Assembly (NCBI RefSeq): GCF_963921235.1
Contig: NC_086097.1
Span: 170,874,001-170,938,000, forward strand
Origin: Mobula hypostoma
Taxonomy: Eukaryota
Length of the DNA stretch: 64,000 nt
Reading direction: 5' to 3'
Of the stretch, positions 12,942 to 26,369 are shown piece by piece (the stretch's first letter is position 1; each line of letters opens with the position of its first letter). The position numbers and the translations under genes were made by a program. The notes beneath the pieces are model-generated. The model was given only the letters and a program-made list of their open reading frames with translations. It was not told the DNA's origin and made no database searches.

Positions 12942-14901
12942 ACTGAAGGAAGAGTGAGTAAGGGATTTGAAAGTTGGAGGGGGAGGGGGAGATCCAATAT
13001 GATAGGAGAAGACAGGAGGGGGAGGGATAGAGCTGAGAGCTGGACAGGTGATAGGCAAAAGGGGATACGAGAGGATCATGGGACAGGAGGTCCGGGAAGA
13101 AAGACAAGGGGGGGGGGGTGACCCAGAGGATGGGCAAGGGGTATATTCAGAGGGACAGAGGGAGAAAAAGGAGAGTGAGAGAAAGAATGTGTGCATAAAA
13201 ATGAGTAACAGATGGGGTACGAGGGGGAGGTGGGGCCTTAGCGGAAGTTAGAGAAGTCGATGTTCATGCCATCAGGTTGGAGGCTACCCAGACGGAATAT
13301 AAGGTGTTGTTCCTCCAACCTGAGTGTGGCTTCATCTTTACAGTAGAGGAGGCCGTGGATAGACATGTCAGAATGGGAATGGGATGTGGAATTAAAATGT
13401 GTGGCCACTGGGAGATCCTATTTTCTCTGGCGGACAGAGCATAGATGTTCAGCAAAGTGGTCTCCCAGTCTGCGTCGGGTCTCGCCAATATATAAAAGGC
13501 CACATCGAGAGCACCGGACGCAGTATATCACCCCAGTCGACTCACAGGTGAAGTGATGCCTCACCTGGAAGGACTGTTTGGGGCCCTGAATGGTGGTAAG
13601 GGAGGAAGTGTAAGGGTATGTGTAGCACTTGTTCCACTTACATGGATAAGTGCCAGGAGGGAGATCAGTGGGGAGGGATGGGGGGGACGAATGGACAAGG
13701 GAGTTGTATAGGGAGCGATCCCTGTGGAATGCAGAGAGATGGGGGAGGGAAAGATGTGCTTAGTGGTGGGATCCCGTTGGAGGTGGCGGAAGTTACGGAG
13801 AATAATATGTTGGACCCGGAGGCTGGTGGGGTGGTAGGTGAGGACCAGGGGAACCCTATTCCTAGTGGGGTGGTGGGAGGATGGAGTGAGAGCAGATGTA
13901 CGTGAAATGGGGGAGATGCATTTAAGAGCAGAGTTGATAGTGGAGGAAGGGAAGCCCCTTTCTTTAAAAAAGGAAGACATCTCCCTTGTCCTAGAATGAA
14001 AAGCCTCATCCTGAGAGCAGATGCGGTGGAGACGGAGGAATTGCGAGAAGGGGATGGCGTTTTTGCAAGAGACAGGGTGAGAAGAGGAATAGTCCAGATA
14101 GCTGTGAGAGTCAGTAAGCTTATAGTAGACATCAGTGGATAAGCTGTCTCCAGAGACAGAGACAGAAAGATCTAGAAAGGGGAGGGAGGTGTCGGAAATG
14201 GACCAGGTAAACTTGAGGGCAGGGTGAATATATTATGACTCTATGAATCCCCATGAAAGAGAAAAGCTTCTGCAATTCTGGGGCTACCTTCTTACTTGCA
14301 TGGCTTTATGGAATATGTGTAATGAAATAGACAAATGTGTGTCCAATGATGATGTACAATAAGCTTAGAAACTTGGTTAAGATGAGGCTAAAGGCATTGG
14401 GGAATTGTCACCTGGGCAACTTTGATTGATACCTAAGTAGAAGAGTGGAGGGAAAATTACAAATAATAACATTATTATTAGTTCCAGCAGATGGAAATGT
14501 ATATCATGTCTGCAAAATTAAACCTCTAGGATTATGTTACTAGGGATGATTATGAAGAATATCTTATGGAGAATGAATGGGATTGGAACAGTTAGTTTAT
14601 TCTGCAATAAATGAAAAAGAAGCTGTAGATTCTGGAAATCTGAAATAAAAAGAACAGATGCTGGAGATGATGGAAACACTCAGTATGTGAGCCAGCATCC
14701 ATGGAGAAAGAAACAGTTATTGTTTCAGGTTGAAGACTTTTTGTCTGGACCAATGTTTTGTGTCTTATGATGACAATTTATTTGTGCCATAAGTGAATTA
14801 CTTCCTGATCTCTCTTTGTTTATCATTCTCAAGTTCAAGTTCAGTTTATTACAATTCAACCATACACTTATACTACCAACAAAACAATGTTCCCCTAGAC
14901 C

Positions 14902-16110
14902 TTCTTCTTCTTCGGTTGTCCATCGAAATCCAATGACAACATCCACTCCTTTAACGGTGAGATCTTTGATGACTATACAGTCCTATCCTGGACCCACAAG
15001 CTCTATTGCAGGTGGGACATGTATATGTAGTAGTGGTGGTGGTACTGATGGTCGTGGTGGCAACCATGGCTGCATTTCTCCTGGCTCTCTTCTGCTGTCT
15101 TCTGGTTGTTCTTTCCATCTCCAGAATACCAACACCGTCCCTACACAGCTGTCGCCAAGTGGTACGGTCAGCAGCAACATCCTCTGGGTCCTCGGGTCTG
15201 ATCTTGCACTTCCTTAAAGCATTCTTCATCTGATCCTTATAGCGCTTCTTTGGCCTTCCAGCTGAGTGTCGACCATGATGCAGCTGGCCGTATAACACTC
15301 TGTGGGGTAGCCGACGTGGGGCATCTTTATCACGTGCGCCAGCCACTGCGTCTGGCGCTGGGTGATCATGGCCTCAATACTCCTGCAGTTGGTCTTTACA
15401 AGTATTTCAGTGTGAGGCACCCGCTCACGCCAGGTAATTCCCAGGATGCGCTGGAGGCAGCTTATGTGGAAGCTCTCCAAGGACTTGATGTGATGGCTGT
15501 AGGTTACCCAAGCTTCACAGCTGTAAAGGAGGGTGGTGACACAGACCGCTTGGTATACGGTGACCTTTGTGGAGGGACGAAGGCTCCTGTTCTGAAAGAC
15601 TCTATGCCGAAGTCTCTCAAAGGTAACTGATGCCTGTTTAATGCGGCTCTTTATGTCATTGTTAATGCCGTTATCCTCAGAGAGAATGCTCCCAGATATT
15701 TGAAAGATGGCACTACCGTCAGCTTTTCATCACCAACGGTGAAGGCAGGTAGAGTGGTGGGACACTGGTACTCAATTGGCAAACTACTTCTGTCTTAGTG
15801 GTATTGACAGTCAGCTCCATCCTGCTGTACGCTCTCACCACCACAGCAAGGACAGTCTGAAGATCCTCCGGAGTATGGGCCACAAGAGCACAGCCGTCCG
15901 CATACTGCAGCTTCAGGACCCGCTCTCTACGGAGTTTTTTGGTTGCGTGGAGCCTCCTGATGTCAAAGAGGTTGCTATCTAATCTGACATCCAGTGCCAC
16001 ACCGCTGCTGTCTTCAATCCCGTTGTGGAGAAACTTGGTAATGCACAAGAGGAAGATGTTAAAGAGCACTGGCGCTAGCACACACCCCTGCCTCACCCTT
16101 GTATGTACAA
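14902..16110 (-). mobile_element. RTE-clade LINE, 5'-truncated
   Basis: RQGCVLAPVLFNIF, LQYADGCAL, LYGQL, C-terminal CPTCNRACGSRIGLYSHQRSH zinc finger and (GAA)n tail. Inserted into another repeat that resumes at about 16118. Confidence 0.9.
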
Positions 16111-16409
16111 GGAAGCATCAAGGTACACAACAGAGTACGTACATAAAACTTACACATATAACACATAAAGTAATATCAGCACTAGTAAATTAATAAATAA
16201 TAAGGTGCATTTATGACACAAGTTAATTGTCCATTTGTCCATTTCCTTCATCTCTCACTTTCTATCTCCGTGCATTTCCCTGAACTATCTTGCGCTCTCT
16301 GTCCCCTGCACACTGTTCATTTATCTACATTTCTTTCTTTCTCTGTCCATGTTGCCCTCAATATCTTTGCCTCTCTACCTCTTTGCCCTGGACTTGAACA
16401 GATAGGAAA

Positions 16410-16730
16410 GAGTGGCACCGTCATATAACGGCTGTGTAAGCCTATTTACAGTGCCAGTGACCCAGGTTCAATTTCAGTGCTGTCTGTAAGGAGTTTATAT
16501 GTTCTCCCCATGACCGCATAGGTATTTGCCAGGTGCTCCAGTTTCCTCCCAAATTCCAAAGGTGTACGGGATAGTAAGTTGTGGCATGCTATGTTGGCAC
16601 TGGAAGCATGGCAAGGTCTGCGGGTTGCCCCCAGCATATCTTTGGACTGCGTTGGTCAATGTAGCAAGCAACACATTTCACTCAATGTTGCAATGCATAT
16701 ATAACAAATATAGCTAATCTCTAAATCTCT
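16410..16730 (+). mobile_element. tRNA-derived SINE (V-SINE/HE1-like)
   Basis: B-box-like ggttcaatt, then gctgtctgtaaggagtttatatgttctcccc and ggtgctccagtttcctccca body. Confidence 0.6.
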
Positions 16731-18719
16731 TGTCGCAGGTGGGACTGAGGGATCCCAGATCTGAATGTAAGAAATAAAAGGAGTAGGAAGAGGCTATTCA
16801 GCCCAACAAACCCATGGTACCCTTCAGTAAGATCACAACTGCCCTGATCTTGGCCTCAATTTCATTGTCCTTCTTCATTCCCCAAACTCTTGACCAAAAT
16901 TCTGTCTGACTTTTCCCTGAATGACTGAACAAACTCTCTCTAAGAAGAAATTCCTCATTTCCAACTTTCATGGGAAGCCCTTTATTCTGAAAATATGCTT
17001 CTTGGTGTCAGTATCAACAATGGGGCAAACATCCTCCTAAGACCATGGTCCAATTGCCACTCCTCCCTTCATATTCATGCAAAGATTGAGGTCTTAATAA
17101 CTGAATCCTGATATCAATATCAGTGGCACAATGTCCACAGTGATACTCAGTCATGACAGATGCATTCAGACAAACAGGCAATGTATGGAATTTTCTGATC
17201 CTAATCCGAATGCAGATCAATGATGTAATGTCCTGGTTCATATTTTTACTGTTATGCTGTACGTATTTCATTCAGTGATCTGTAAGAGCTATTTGTTCTG
17301 TTTTCAGCTTGTTTAGGTTATTGATGAAGACAGGAGATGAGGAGAATTGTGTGCCTTCCAATTAGGATAGTCGAATTAAAGGGAGGTTTCTCTTGTGAGG
17401 TACACTAAGGTTGGGCTTGGAGTTTTGGTTCGAGAGGATATAAAGAGGGAAGATGCAGGAGAGAAAAGGTCGTAGGATTCGACCTGAAGCGGGACCATGA
17501 TTCGATGAAGCCAGGGGTGAGATCGATTGACGATCGATAACTATGGAGAAACTTTGAGCTCCCACTTGTGCATATTTGACTGTTTCATTAAAATGGGCCC
17601 TTTTCTTTTTTTTGTTCTTTTCTTTATGAACCCTTTAGTCAAATTAAGATTCATAAAATAATCTTTTAATCATATATGGTGTACTGTCTGTTGTTTTGTG
17701 GCACTAATTTGTAACAGGGTAACAAATTACTCAGCATCCACACAAACCGAGGCTTGGGGTGGGAGAGGGCCTCAATTTCACGAGTTTGGCGGGGTTGGTG
17801 GACGTCTTCCCTAGGCTTACACAGCCAAGGAAACTAGGGGGTTTCATGAGATTAGTTGAGATGCAGAAAAAGATTGGCATCAGTGAATTGGGTCGAAGAG
17901 CCTGTTTCTGTGCTGTATGACTCTTTGAGAAGTGGCCATAAGTCTGAACATACATATGATTTCAAAGATTCAAAGAATGGTCACTGGGCCCCAGAGACCT
18001 GTTCCAATACTGTACACAGTATGAATGGGGATAATACGATTGTATCTTCAACTCCATGTTCCCTCTGTTCCCAATAATCTTTCATCCCCTTATTTTTCAG
18101 GTATTTGTCTAGAGGCATTGAGTCACAGAGCAGAACAGCACAGAAATCTTCCCTTCAGCCAATCTAGTCCATGCTGGGGAGTGGGAGCAGGAGAGGGAGA
18201 GTCTGTGCTGGCCTGGTTTTCTGCCTAGTCCCACCCATCTCCACCTGGACCATAGCCCTCCATATCTCTTTCATCCATGCACCTATTCAAAGTTCTCCTT
18301 AAAGTTACAATTGAACTCACATCTACCACTTTCCAGGCAGCTGTTGTACATTCACTCCATCTTCTGAGTGAAGAAGTCTCCATCAAAATCCTCTTTAATA
18401 TTTCAGCTTTCACCCTAAACCTGTGACATTTAGTTCTAGTGTCACCCAACCTGCAGGGAAAAAGCCTGCATGAATCTATCTTTAAAAAAATATTTCAATA
18501 CTGCTTCCAAGACCCTTTAAGGAAGACAGTACCAAAGCCTCACAAGCTTTGAACAGGACAAATTGCAGCTCTTATTTTTAAATAGAGCTTTGCTTCCAGA
18601 TTCTCCCACAAGAGGAAACACCTTTCCCACACCCAACCTGTCAAAAGCCCTCTGAACCTGATACAAAACCTCAGAAGGGATCAGCCTCCTAGTAACAGCT
18701 AAAGCAGAAGTAACAAATT

Positions 18720-19380
18720 AGGGCAGCACAGTGTGTCTGAGGTACTGTAGAGCTGCTGCCTTGCAGTTCCAGACACCAGGAATTGATCCTGACCTCTAAT
18801 GTTGTCTGAGAGGAATTTGCTTATCCTACCTTTGACACTGCCAGCTTCCAGGTGCTCTGGTTTCCTCCCAAATACACGTGAGTCAGAAAGTTAGCTGCTA
18901 TGTTGAGTATCCTTTAGTGTAGGTGAGTAGGAGGGAAGTTAAGGTGAAGTTAGAGAAAGAGACATTGGGTGGGGGAGGGAGGAGAGAGGAGGGAGTGAGA
19001 GGGGTAGAAGTTATGGGCAGAGGAAGGAGAAGAGAGAGTGGGGAAAGGGTGAGAGAAGAAGGAGAAAGAAATGGAGAGAAGGAGAGAATGAGAGGGAGGA
19101 GGAAAGAAAAAAGGGGAGGAGAGAGAAAGGGAGGAATGGTGAGAAAGGTAAAAGGAGGGAGGGGAGGGGGAGGGAGTGGACAAAATGGCAAGTGGGAAAG
19201 AGAAGGGGAGAGAGGGGGAAAGACAGAGGATGGGAGGGGAAAGAGTCTTTGGGAATGGAGAGGCTCAGTGTGAGGAGGGAGAAAACATATGACTGGGAAA
19301 TAAATAGGGGGAATGGGATTAATAGAATTTCTCTGAGAGCTGGGATAGATTTAATGAAGCAAATAGTCCTCCTTTTAGGA
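18720..19380 (+). mobile_element. tRNA-derived SINE with an internal GA-rich expansion
   Basis: SINE-like head and body at 18720-18930, polypurine tract at about 18930-19290, CR1-like tail at 19300-19380. Confidence 0.55.
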
Positions 19381-19680
19381 AACATGAAAATAATTAAATA
19401 ACTATTGGCATGGTCTAAAATCACAAATAAATAATTCATTTGGAATTTTATCCATTTGGTGAGTTGTTAGATCAGCACAAAGAGCAAGTGTAACGCAGAT
19501 GGATGTGGAGAGAAGCACACTGCAAACACCTTGTGAATGTTTCTGCCATTTAATTATGTGATGGGATTTACACATCAGCACTGATGTGCCTTGTTCCCTG
19601 GGTAGTTGCCATTCTCTTAATAAGCCCACATTATGCTGAGTTAATAAATAAACATATGTATAATTTCCAATCATTCGCAG

Positions 19681-19934
19681 GAACTGGATTTTGAAAAAAA
19701 GTCAAGTTACAGCCTGAAGATTGAGGTCACCAATACACATGTCGACTCGCAGTTTGAGGCAATGGGACCCTTCGCCGACACAGCTACAGTGAAGCTCGTG
19801 GTTGAAGATGTGGATGAGCCTCCTGAGTTCAGCTCACTGCTGTACAAAATGTCGGTGTCCGAAGCAGCGAGGGTGGGCACGGCCATTGGCACTGTCTCTG
19901 CCCATGACCCAGACAAGGCCAACAATCCTGTAAG
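19681..19934 (+). CDS. CDH7: Type II cadherin (CDH7-like) internal exon, EC3/EC4, 254 bp
   Basis: Acceptor tcattcgcAG, donor TAAG|GTACGT. Translates ELDFEKKSSYSLKIEVTNTHVDSQFEAMGPFADTATVKLVVEDVDEPPEFSSLLYKMSVSEAARVGTAIGTVSAHDPDKANNPV(R), with cadherin motifs LDFE, VEDVDEPP and AHDPD. Confidence 0.93.
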
Positions 19935-20009
19935 GTACGTGCGCACAGTTCCTGGGAGGGAGGGACCGGCCCTTTGCTTTCATTCCTCCCTGAAAAATTT
20001 GCAAAGGTG

Positions 20010-20465
20010 CAAAGGTAAGCCCAAAGCTCTCCACAGACAATGGAGCATTCCTCCCAGTCCATGCACTGCAATAGTCAGAACACACCGGTGGTTGTCCACA
20101 GCTGTATCACTCCAATTAATGCATAGCAAGATCCTGGAATAATCCAATGTGTTGCTCACTGGATCATCCCCTTCGATGTATGCACAAGCTCTCGGGACAC
20201 CCCTATGGTTGCCAAGGGAACACTCCCCATCCAATTCACACACAGGAAGTTCCCAGAATACTCCAGTGGATTTATCACTAGGCCATCTCCTCTGATGTAT
20301 GCACAACGAGCTCTCAGGACAACCTTGTGGTTGCCATGGGAACAATCCCCATCCAATTCACACACAGGAAGTTCCCAGAATACTCCAATTATTTTGCCTA
20401 CTGGAGTATCCCAGTCAGTTAATGCACAACAAGCTGCCAGAAAGCACCAGTGATTGCCCACTGCT
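20010..20465. repeat. Degenerate ~60 bp minisatellite with a 122 bp higher-order duplication
   Basis: tccccatccaattcacacacaggaagttcccagaatactcca is exact at 20224-20265 and 20346-20387; looser ~60 bp units flank it. Confidence 0.75.
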
Positions 20466-21429
20466 TTAGTGAGGTTGACTGAGGGACACATGGCCCAAAT
20501 GCTGAGGAAGAACACCCCTACACATCCTTAGAGGACATGGACTCATTCACACTCATCGGCGTGGAGAAAGGGGACAACATGTTAACAAACAGAAGCACCC
20601 TCAGCTCTTTAGAGATTTCAATGCTCTGGGAAACTGGTGCAGAAGAGGATTGAGGCCAGCATAGATCAGTCATGATCACATTGCAGAATTGAGATAAGAG
20701 GCCCGATGTTTGCGGATCTGCGGCCACAGTCTGGAAGCTGGAGGCCCAGAGGTGGCCTGTGTCTGTTTGCGTGGGAGGCTGGGAAGGGGGTTTGTTTCGC
20801 TGTTGTAGCTTGTTGTATGTGTGTTGTTCTGCTAAACATTATGGGCATGCTATGGTGCCCCCAGCACATCCTCAGATTGTGTTGGATGTTACCATAAATG
20901 ACACATTTCACTGTACATGTGGTCATTAAAAAAATCTAATTAAATAAATTGCAGGGCAGGCTTGAAGGGACAAGCAGTCTCCTCCTGCTCCACGTTTCTG
21001 TACTTCTACTTTTAGCAATATCAGTGTTTGGTACACCGCATCTCAGAGACAGGTCCATTGAGGTCAAAGCTAAATGATATCTCCACTGGCAATGCAGTTA
21101 ATCCACGTCTACGGCAGTTCCATGAGTCATCACCAGCCATTGCTCATGTGAAACATTAGACTAACTGATCTACCAATGACTGCCTGAACACCTGTATCAG
21201 GTTCATAGAAACACAGAAACATAGAAACATAGAAAACCTACAGCCTAATACAGGCCCTTCAGCCCACAAAGCTGTGTCGGTTCAGCTTTCACTAATTGTA
21301 CAAGTCGGATCTTGTTCACTATCTGATCCACGGTGATTAGTGCTACAGCATCACAGCTCCAGGGACCTGTGTTTTATTCTGACACGGTTTGCTATTTGTG
21401 CAGAGATTTCCTTAGAGTCATCCAGTTGT

Positions 21430-21810
21430 ATACTCCATGGTCCATGGTCCTCTCCTAATAGATTCCTTCATCTTCAGCCCTTTACCTCTTTCATCTATCC
21501 CCTCCGAGCTTCTTGCTTCCTCCTCTCACCCTCTCGTTCAAACATCCTCCTCCATCATACCCCCTCCCCCACTCACCCACCTTCCTCCTCACTTGGTCTC
21601 ACCTATCGCCCGCCTGCTTGCTCTCCTTCCCCTCCCCACACCTCCTTACTCTAACTTCTGTCCCCTTCTTTTCCAGTCCTGATGAAGAGTCTCAGCCCGA
21701 AAAGTTGACTGTTTATTCCCCTCCGTAGATGCTGCCTTACCTGCTGAGTTCTTCCAGCATTTTGTGTGTGTGTTTTTTCTAAATTTTCTGTATTTACAGT
21801 CTCTCCAGTG
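21430..21810 (+). mobile_element. Penelope-like 3' terminal fragment
   Basis: Pyrimidine-rich region, then hammerhead-like motif, then gatgctgccttacctgctgagttcttccagcattttgtgtgt. Confidence 0.75.
21674..21711 (+). ncRNA. Degenerate hammerhead motif, sense to the cadherin
   Basis: CAGUC-CUGAUGA-A-GAGU-CUCA-GCCC-GAAAAGUU-GACUG: perfect stem I, CUGAUGA and GAAA, but a stem II mismatch and loss of the ACGU palindrome. Confidence 0.55.
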
Positions 21811-24389
21811 CTGTCATTTATTTACATTATGTCTGTAGTCTTCTAAGTCTTGGCAATTTGGGTACTTGTCCAGATACTTATTAAATACTATGGGAGTATC
21901 TATCTCCTCCTCCCCTTCAGACAATGCCTTGCAGATCCAATCCACTGTCTATATGAATAAAAACCATCACACCCCCTCTAAACGTCCTCGTTCTCATGCC
22001 AACACCCTCTTGTGTCAGACACCTCAACCATGAGTTATAAGGTCATGTAGTATCAAAACATAAGCTTTTCCATGCCAACCAAGATGCCCAACTAAGCCAA
22101 TCCCACTTGCCATGTTTGACCTGTATCCATCTAAACTCTTCCTATCTGTGTACCTGTTCAAGTATGTTAAGTGTTGTTAATGTAGCTGCCTTAACCACTT
22201 CCTCTGGCAGTTTATTCCAAATGTGGACCACCTTCCAAGGAATAAAGATTCTTACTACGGTATCTATCCCTCTCTCAATGTTGATTGGTGCTGGAATACG
22301 TGGCAACACCTGCATTCTGCCCCTAACACAACCTCAGATTTTGTTGGCTGTTAATGGAAACACTGCATTTTGTTGTATGTTTCAATGAACATGTGATTAA
22401 TAAATAAATGTAGATGTAAATCTAAATCTAAATGACTTCCTCCTTCCACTTCCTCTTCTCCAGAGAAAACAAGTCCATCCATTCCATTCCTCCAATGCAG
22501 TCAACTTTCTGGGGTATCTCATGTGCACCCTTTCCAGTGCAGTTATATCCTTCCTGTAGCATAATGGCCAGAAGTGCCCTTTATTTTCCTTACCAATGTG
22601 TCCTCTCATGATTATGTAGATTTCCTTCAGGTGCTCTAATTTCCTCCCACATCCCAAAGACATGTGGCTTGGTAGCTTCATTGGCCACTGTAAATTGGCA
22701 TTTGCGCAGGCAGGTGGTAGAACCTGGGGAAAGCTGATCCAAGTGGCATTAATGAGAAAGGATGTTTGAAAGTTGGCATATACTTGATGGGCTGAAGGGT
22801 CTCTTTCCCTGCTCTAAGATTCAATAATTCTACCTCCAGTGTACCACTTCAAGAGAGAAATCAATGGGGAAACATAAAGAAAATTAACCACTATGGCCAT
22901 AAGTTATAAAACTGATGGGGCAGAGAAAAAAAGAGAAATTGAGCAGTGGCCAATACTAATCTAATTGTGTAACCAAGAGTTTTATTTTTATTAAATTTGG
23001 ACATCATTGTCTGGATCGAAATTTACTGCCCATTCCTAATCAGGCCCCTGAACTGGATGGCTTACTGGGCCATTTCAGAGTGGAGCTAACTGCAAACCAC
23101 TACAAAACTGACAAGAAAAACTTATTTTATGTGGCAGACACCGAAACAAAATGTTCATAATAACAGCATGCCCAGCTTGTGTGTGATTGTGTGATTAATT
23201 ACACAAAGTCACGGATTCACCATGTAGAACAAATAGCTGCTTTACTTATTACCACAGCCAAGAGAATAGCCATACTCAGGACTCAAGAGGAAATAGATAC
23301 AATGTTCATAAAAAGGAAATGACTTATTATGGGGTGACAAAACCATTATTTTTCTGAAGAGTATTTGCATATGATAGAAGTTTATAAAATTATGAGATGC
23401 TTTGGAAAGGATACAGAGATACAGGAGAGGTTTACCAAGATGCTGCCTGTATTAGAGGGTGCAAGTACAAGAAGAGGTTGGTCAATCCTGAGTTGTTTTC
23501 CCTGGAGTATCGGGGGTTGAAGGGAGACCTGACAGAGGTTCACAAAATTATGAATGGTACTGTACCTACAGGGTAGCTGATCTGGACCTTTTCTCCAGGA
23601 TCAAAATGTTGAAAACTAGAGGGGCATAGCTTTAAGGTGAAAAAGGGAAAGTTAAGACGAGCTGTGCTGGGTAAGTTTTTTTATGCAGAGAGTGGTGGCG
23701 TGCTCTACTAGGGGTGTTAGTTTAAGCAGATATGATAGTGACATTAAAGGGGCTTTTAGGTAGATACAGGACTCTAAGGGGATGGGGGTTGGTTATGGGA
23801 TTATGTGCAAGTAGAAGGGATGAGTCTAATTTGGCGTCATATTTATCACAACATCATGTACAGAAGGGTCTGTTCCTGTGCTCTAAGACCATATGATATA
23901 GGAGCAGAATTAGCCCATTCAGCCCATCAAGTGCTGTTCTATGCTCTATGAGTTTATGCTACAATCAGTCGATGTATAGTCATGATCAGCTGCATTATCC
24001 CTTTCACTTCAAATTCATTCGCATAGTTACTCCTTCGCCCTCCACTCCAAAAATGATTTCAGTGGGATATTATAATATCACCACTCTTCAGATTATAATC
24101 CAAATATTCCCCTCTACTGCTCCCTTTTAAGCTGAACCAACAAGGCTTATTGCTTGGACTAAGGACCCAAGGAGTAATTATATGTGGCCGATTCACTCTA
24201 CATAAAGGTCATTTGATGGCACCTCCAACAAAAGTTGGCAATCCAGTCTACACCCAAAACCCGATCGTAGATACCTCTGTATGGATGGAATGACTGCATG
24301 CTGTTTAGTAAGCCAAAGGGATTTGAATAAACTGAAACACGTATATGATCCAAGACTAATAGTCCTTTCTTGAATTTTTTTTCATCTAG

Positions 24390-24526
24390 GTACTCCATAG
24401 ATCGCAACACAGACTTGGAAAGATACTTTAACATTGATGCTAACACAGGAGTTATTACCATTGCTAAACCACTGGACAGGGAGACCAATGAGGAACACAA
24501 TATCACAGTGTTGGCGATGGAGAGTC
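24390..24526 (+). CDS. CDH7: CDH7-like internal exon, EC4, 137 bp
   Basis: Acceptor ttcatctAG, donor C|GTAAGT. Translates (R)YSIDRNTDLERYFNIDANTGVITIAKPLDRETNEEHNITVLAMES, close to CDH7 as I recall it (YSIDRNTDLERYFNIDANSGVIT). Phase matches the previous exon. Confidence 0.94.
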
Positions 24527-24719
24527 GTAAGTGTTTTCAAGAAATTCTTTAAGAAGAGGAAGTCTTGTGATCCCAGCTTTAATAGTGATAGGATGTCTCA
24601 AAGAGCTTTGCAGCTAACCATATAGATTTTAAGGGACAATTTAAAATTGTATACTAAGTGTGTGAGGGAGAAAGCAAGACTGGGGGATTTAGGATTTAAG
24701 GATTAATTATACCACTGGA

Positions 24720-25110
24720 ATTCCATTTTCATTCTGGTGGCCCTCTTATCCCTTCTCTTACCCTCCTTCCCTCATGACCTTCCCATCACCTCCCTCTGGT
24801 CTGCACCTCCTTCCCTTTATTCCATGGTCTATCATCTTCCGCTATCAGATTCCTCGCTCTTCAGCCCTTTTACCTCTTTCACCTATCCTCTCCCAGCTTC
24901 TCACATTATTCCCCCCCTTCCACTTGCCCACCTTCCTCCTCACCTGGTCTCACCATCGCTTCCTCTTCCTACAACCCCACCTTCTTACTCTGGCTTCTTC
25001 TCCCTTGCTTTCCAGTCTTCAAGAAAGGTCTTGGCCCAAAACATTGACAATTTCTCCCCATAGGCGCTGCTGAGTCCATCCAGCACTTTGTGTATGTTGT
25101 TTTTGATTTC
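24720..25110 (+). mobile_element. Penelope-like 3' fragment, old
   Basis: Same architecture as 21430-21810; decayed motif cagtcttcaagaaaggtcttggcccaaaacattgac. Confidence 0.7.
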
Positions 25111-26369
25111 TCAGATGGCAAGCTTGTCATTTGAGGAGAGATTATGTTTTAATAGACGAGGCTTTTACACTCCTGAATTTAGAAGAGCAAGACATGATCT
25201 CATTGAAACATTCAACATTGTTATAGGGCATGACAGGGAAGTACAAAGTTGATGTTTCCCTTTTCCAGGATATATTGAATCAGGGGTCACTGTCTCAAAA
25301 TAAAGGAATGGGATGTTTAAGGCAGAGATGAGAAAAGTTGTTCTTTCACCTAGTTAATCTTTGGAATTTTTCTTCCTAAAGTATGAGGCTCAGTTGCTGT
25401 GTACACTTAGGGCAGAGTTTGAAAGCATTTTAGATATTGAGTGAATCGGGGCGGGAAGGTGGTGCTGTGGTGCAGAATAGCCTCATGCTTCAAGTCCTTA
25501 GGGAGAACACGACTGCTTATCCATGGAACGATGCCGTGGGATATTTCCTGTCTCCCTGAGAAGGGAGAAATGTGGAGTGATTCGTTGCTTCATACTAGTG
25601 ACAGCACAGTGATACCTCAGTAAGTGTGTACTCAAATCCATGGAGGTAGAGTCATTGAGAGAGTAATAGAGTCATACAGCACAGAAACTGGCTCTTCAGC
25701 CCATTCTGTGCGTGCCAACCAAGATGTCTGCAGAGCAAGAACCATTTGTCCCTTGTCTTTCGAAACCTCATGAATACTGTTTATCTGATGCTATGTGCCT
25801 GCAATGCTACTGCAAGTGAGCTTTTCATTGCACCTATGCATGAACTTACTTGTGCTTATGACACTAAACTTAACACTGACTTTGAACCTTTTTTACCTGT
25901 CCAAGTTGTGGAGTTATAGAGCACAGACTGTTTCTTTAGCTCACTGGCTATGTCCTATTATCAACAGCCCACTTACACTAACCCTACACTATTCCTTTTT
26001 AATTCTCCTCAAGTTCCCATCAACTTCTCCTCTCGCCCTCCACCCACCACCCCCAGATACTACCACTCACCTACACATTAGATGCAACTTAAAGTGGTTG
26101 TTCTATGGGATGTGGAAGGAAAATTGAGCACCCCACATGGTCAAAGGGAGAACATGCAGATGGCACCACAGGTTGGGATTGAACCTGGGTCTCTGAGCTT
26201 AGGGGCCAGCAGCTTCACTGGCTGGGTCAATGAGCCTCCCTACAGCCCACAGTCTCAGACAATTTTCCGCTTTATGAATGGAAAGTACTTTGGTTAATGA
26301 ACAATGAAGACAAATTTAAGTTCCCAATGCAGCATTTTTATCCAACATGTCAACCACTTCCTCACCCCT

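Larger units (their letters stand above)
11643..14229 (-). mobile_element. Penelope-like element: partial tandem of two 3' copies (11643-12821 and 12877-14229) encoding a GIY-YIG endonuclease
   Basis: ORF 12242..12625(-): GTYPCKRNKCYTCPY...FTCESAGVIYCVRCSRCGLLYIGETQRRLGDRFAEH, a GIY-YIG domain with a Cys-rich linker. ORF 13561..13980(-): FKERGFPSSTI...RVPLVLTYHP. About 1.1 kb is directly duplicated. Confidence 0.92.

Noticed and set aside
17340..17850. Possible solo LTR (TATA-like gatataaa, ends in CA)
   Set aside because: No TG start, TSD or second copy that I could confirm.
18898..19439. Long low-complexity ORFs rich in R/E/G or P/L/S/F
   Set aside because: Artefacts of the polypurine tract, which has few stop codons.
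20224..20387. Exact 42-bp repeat with an intervening spacer, superficially CRISPR-like
   Set aside because: Only two copies, the spacer is itself a diverged unit, the context is vertebrate and there are no cas genes.
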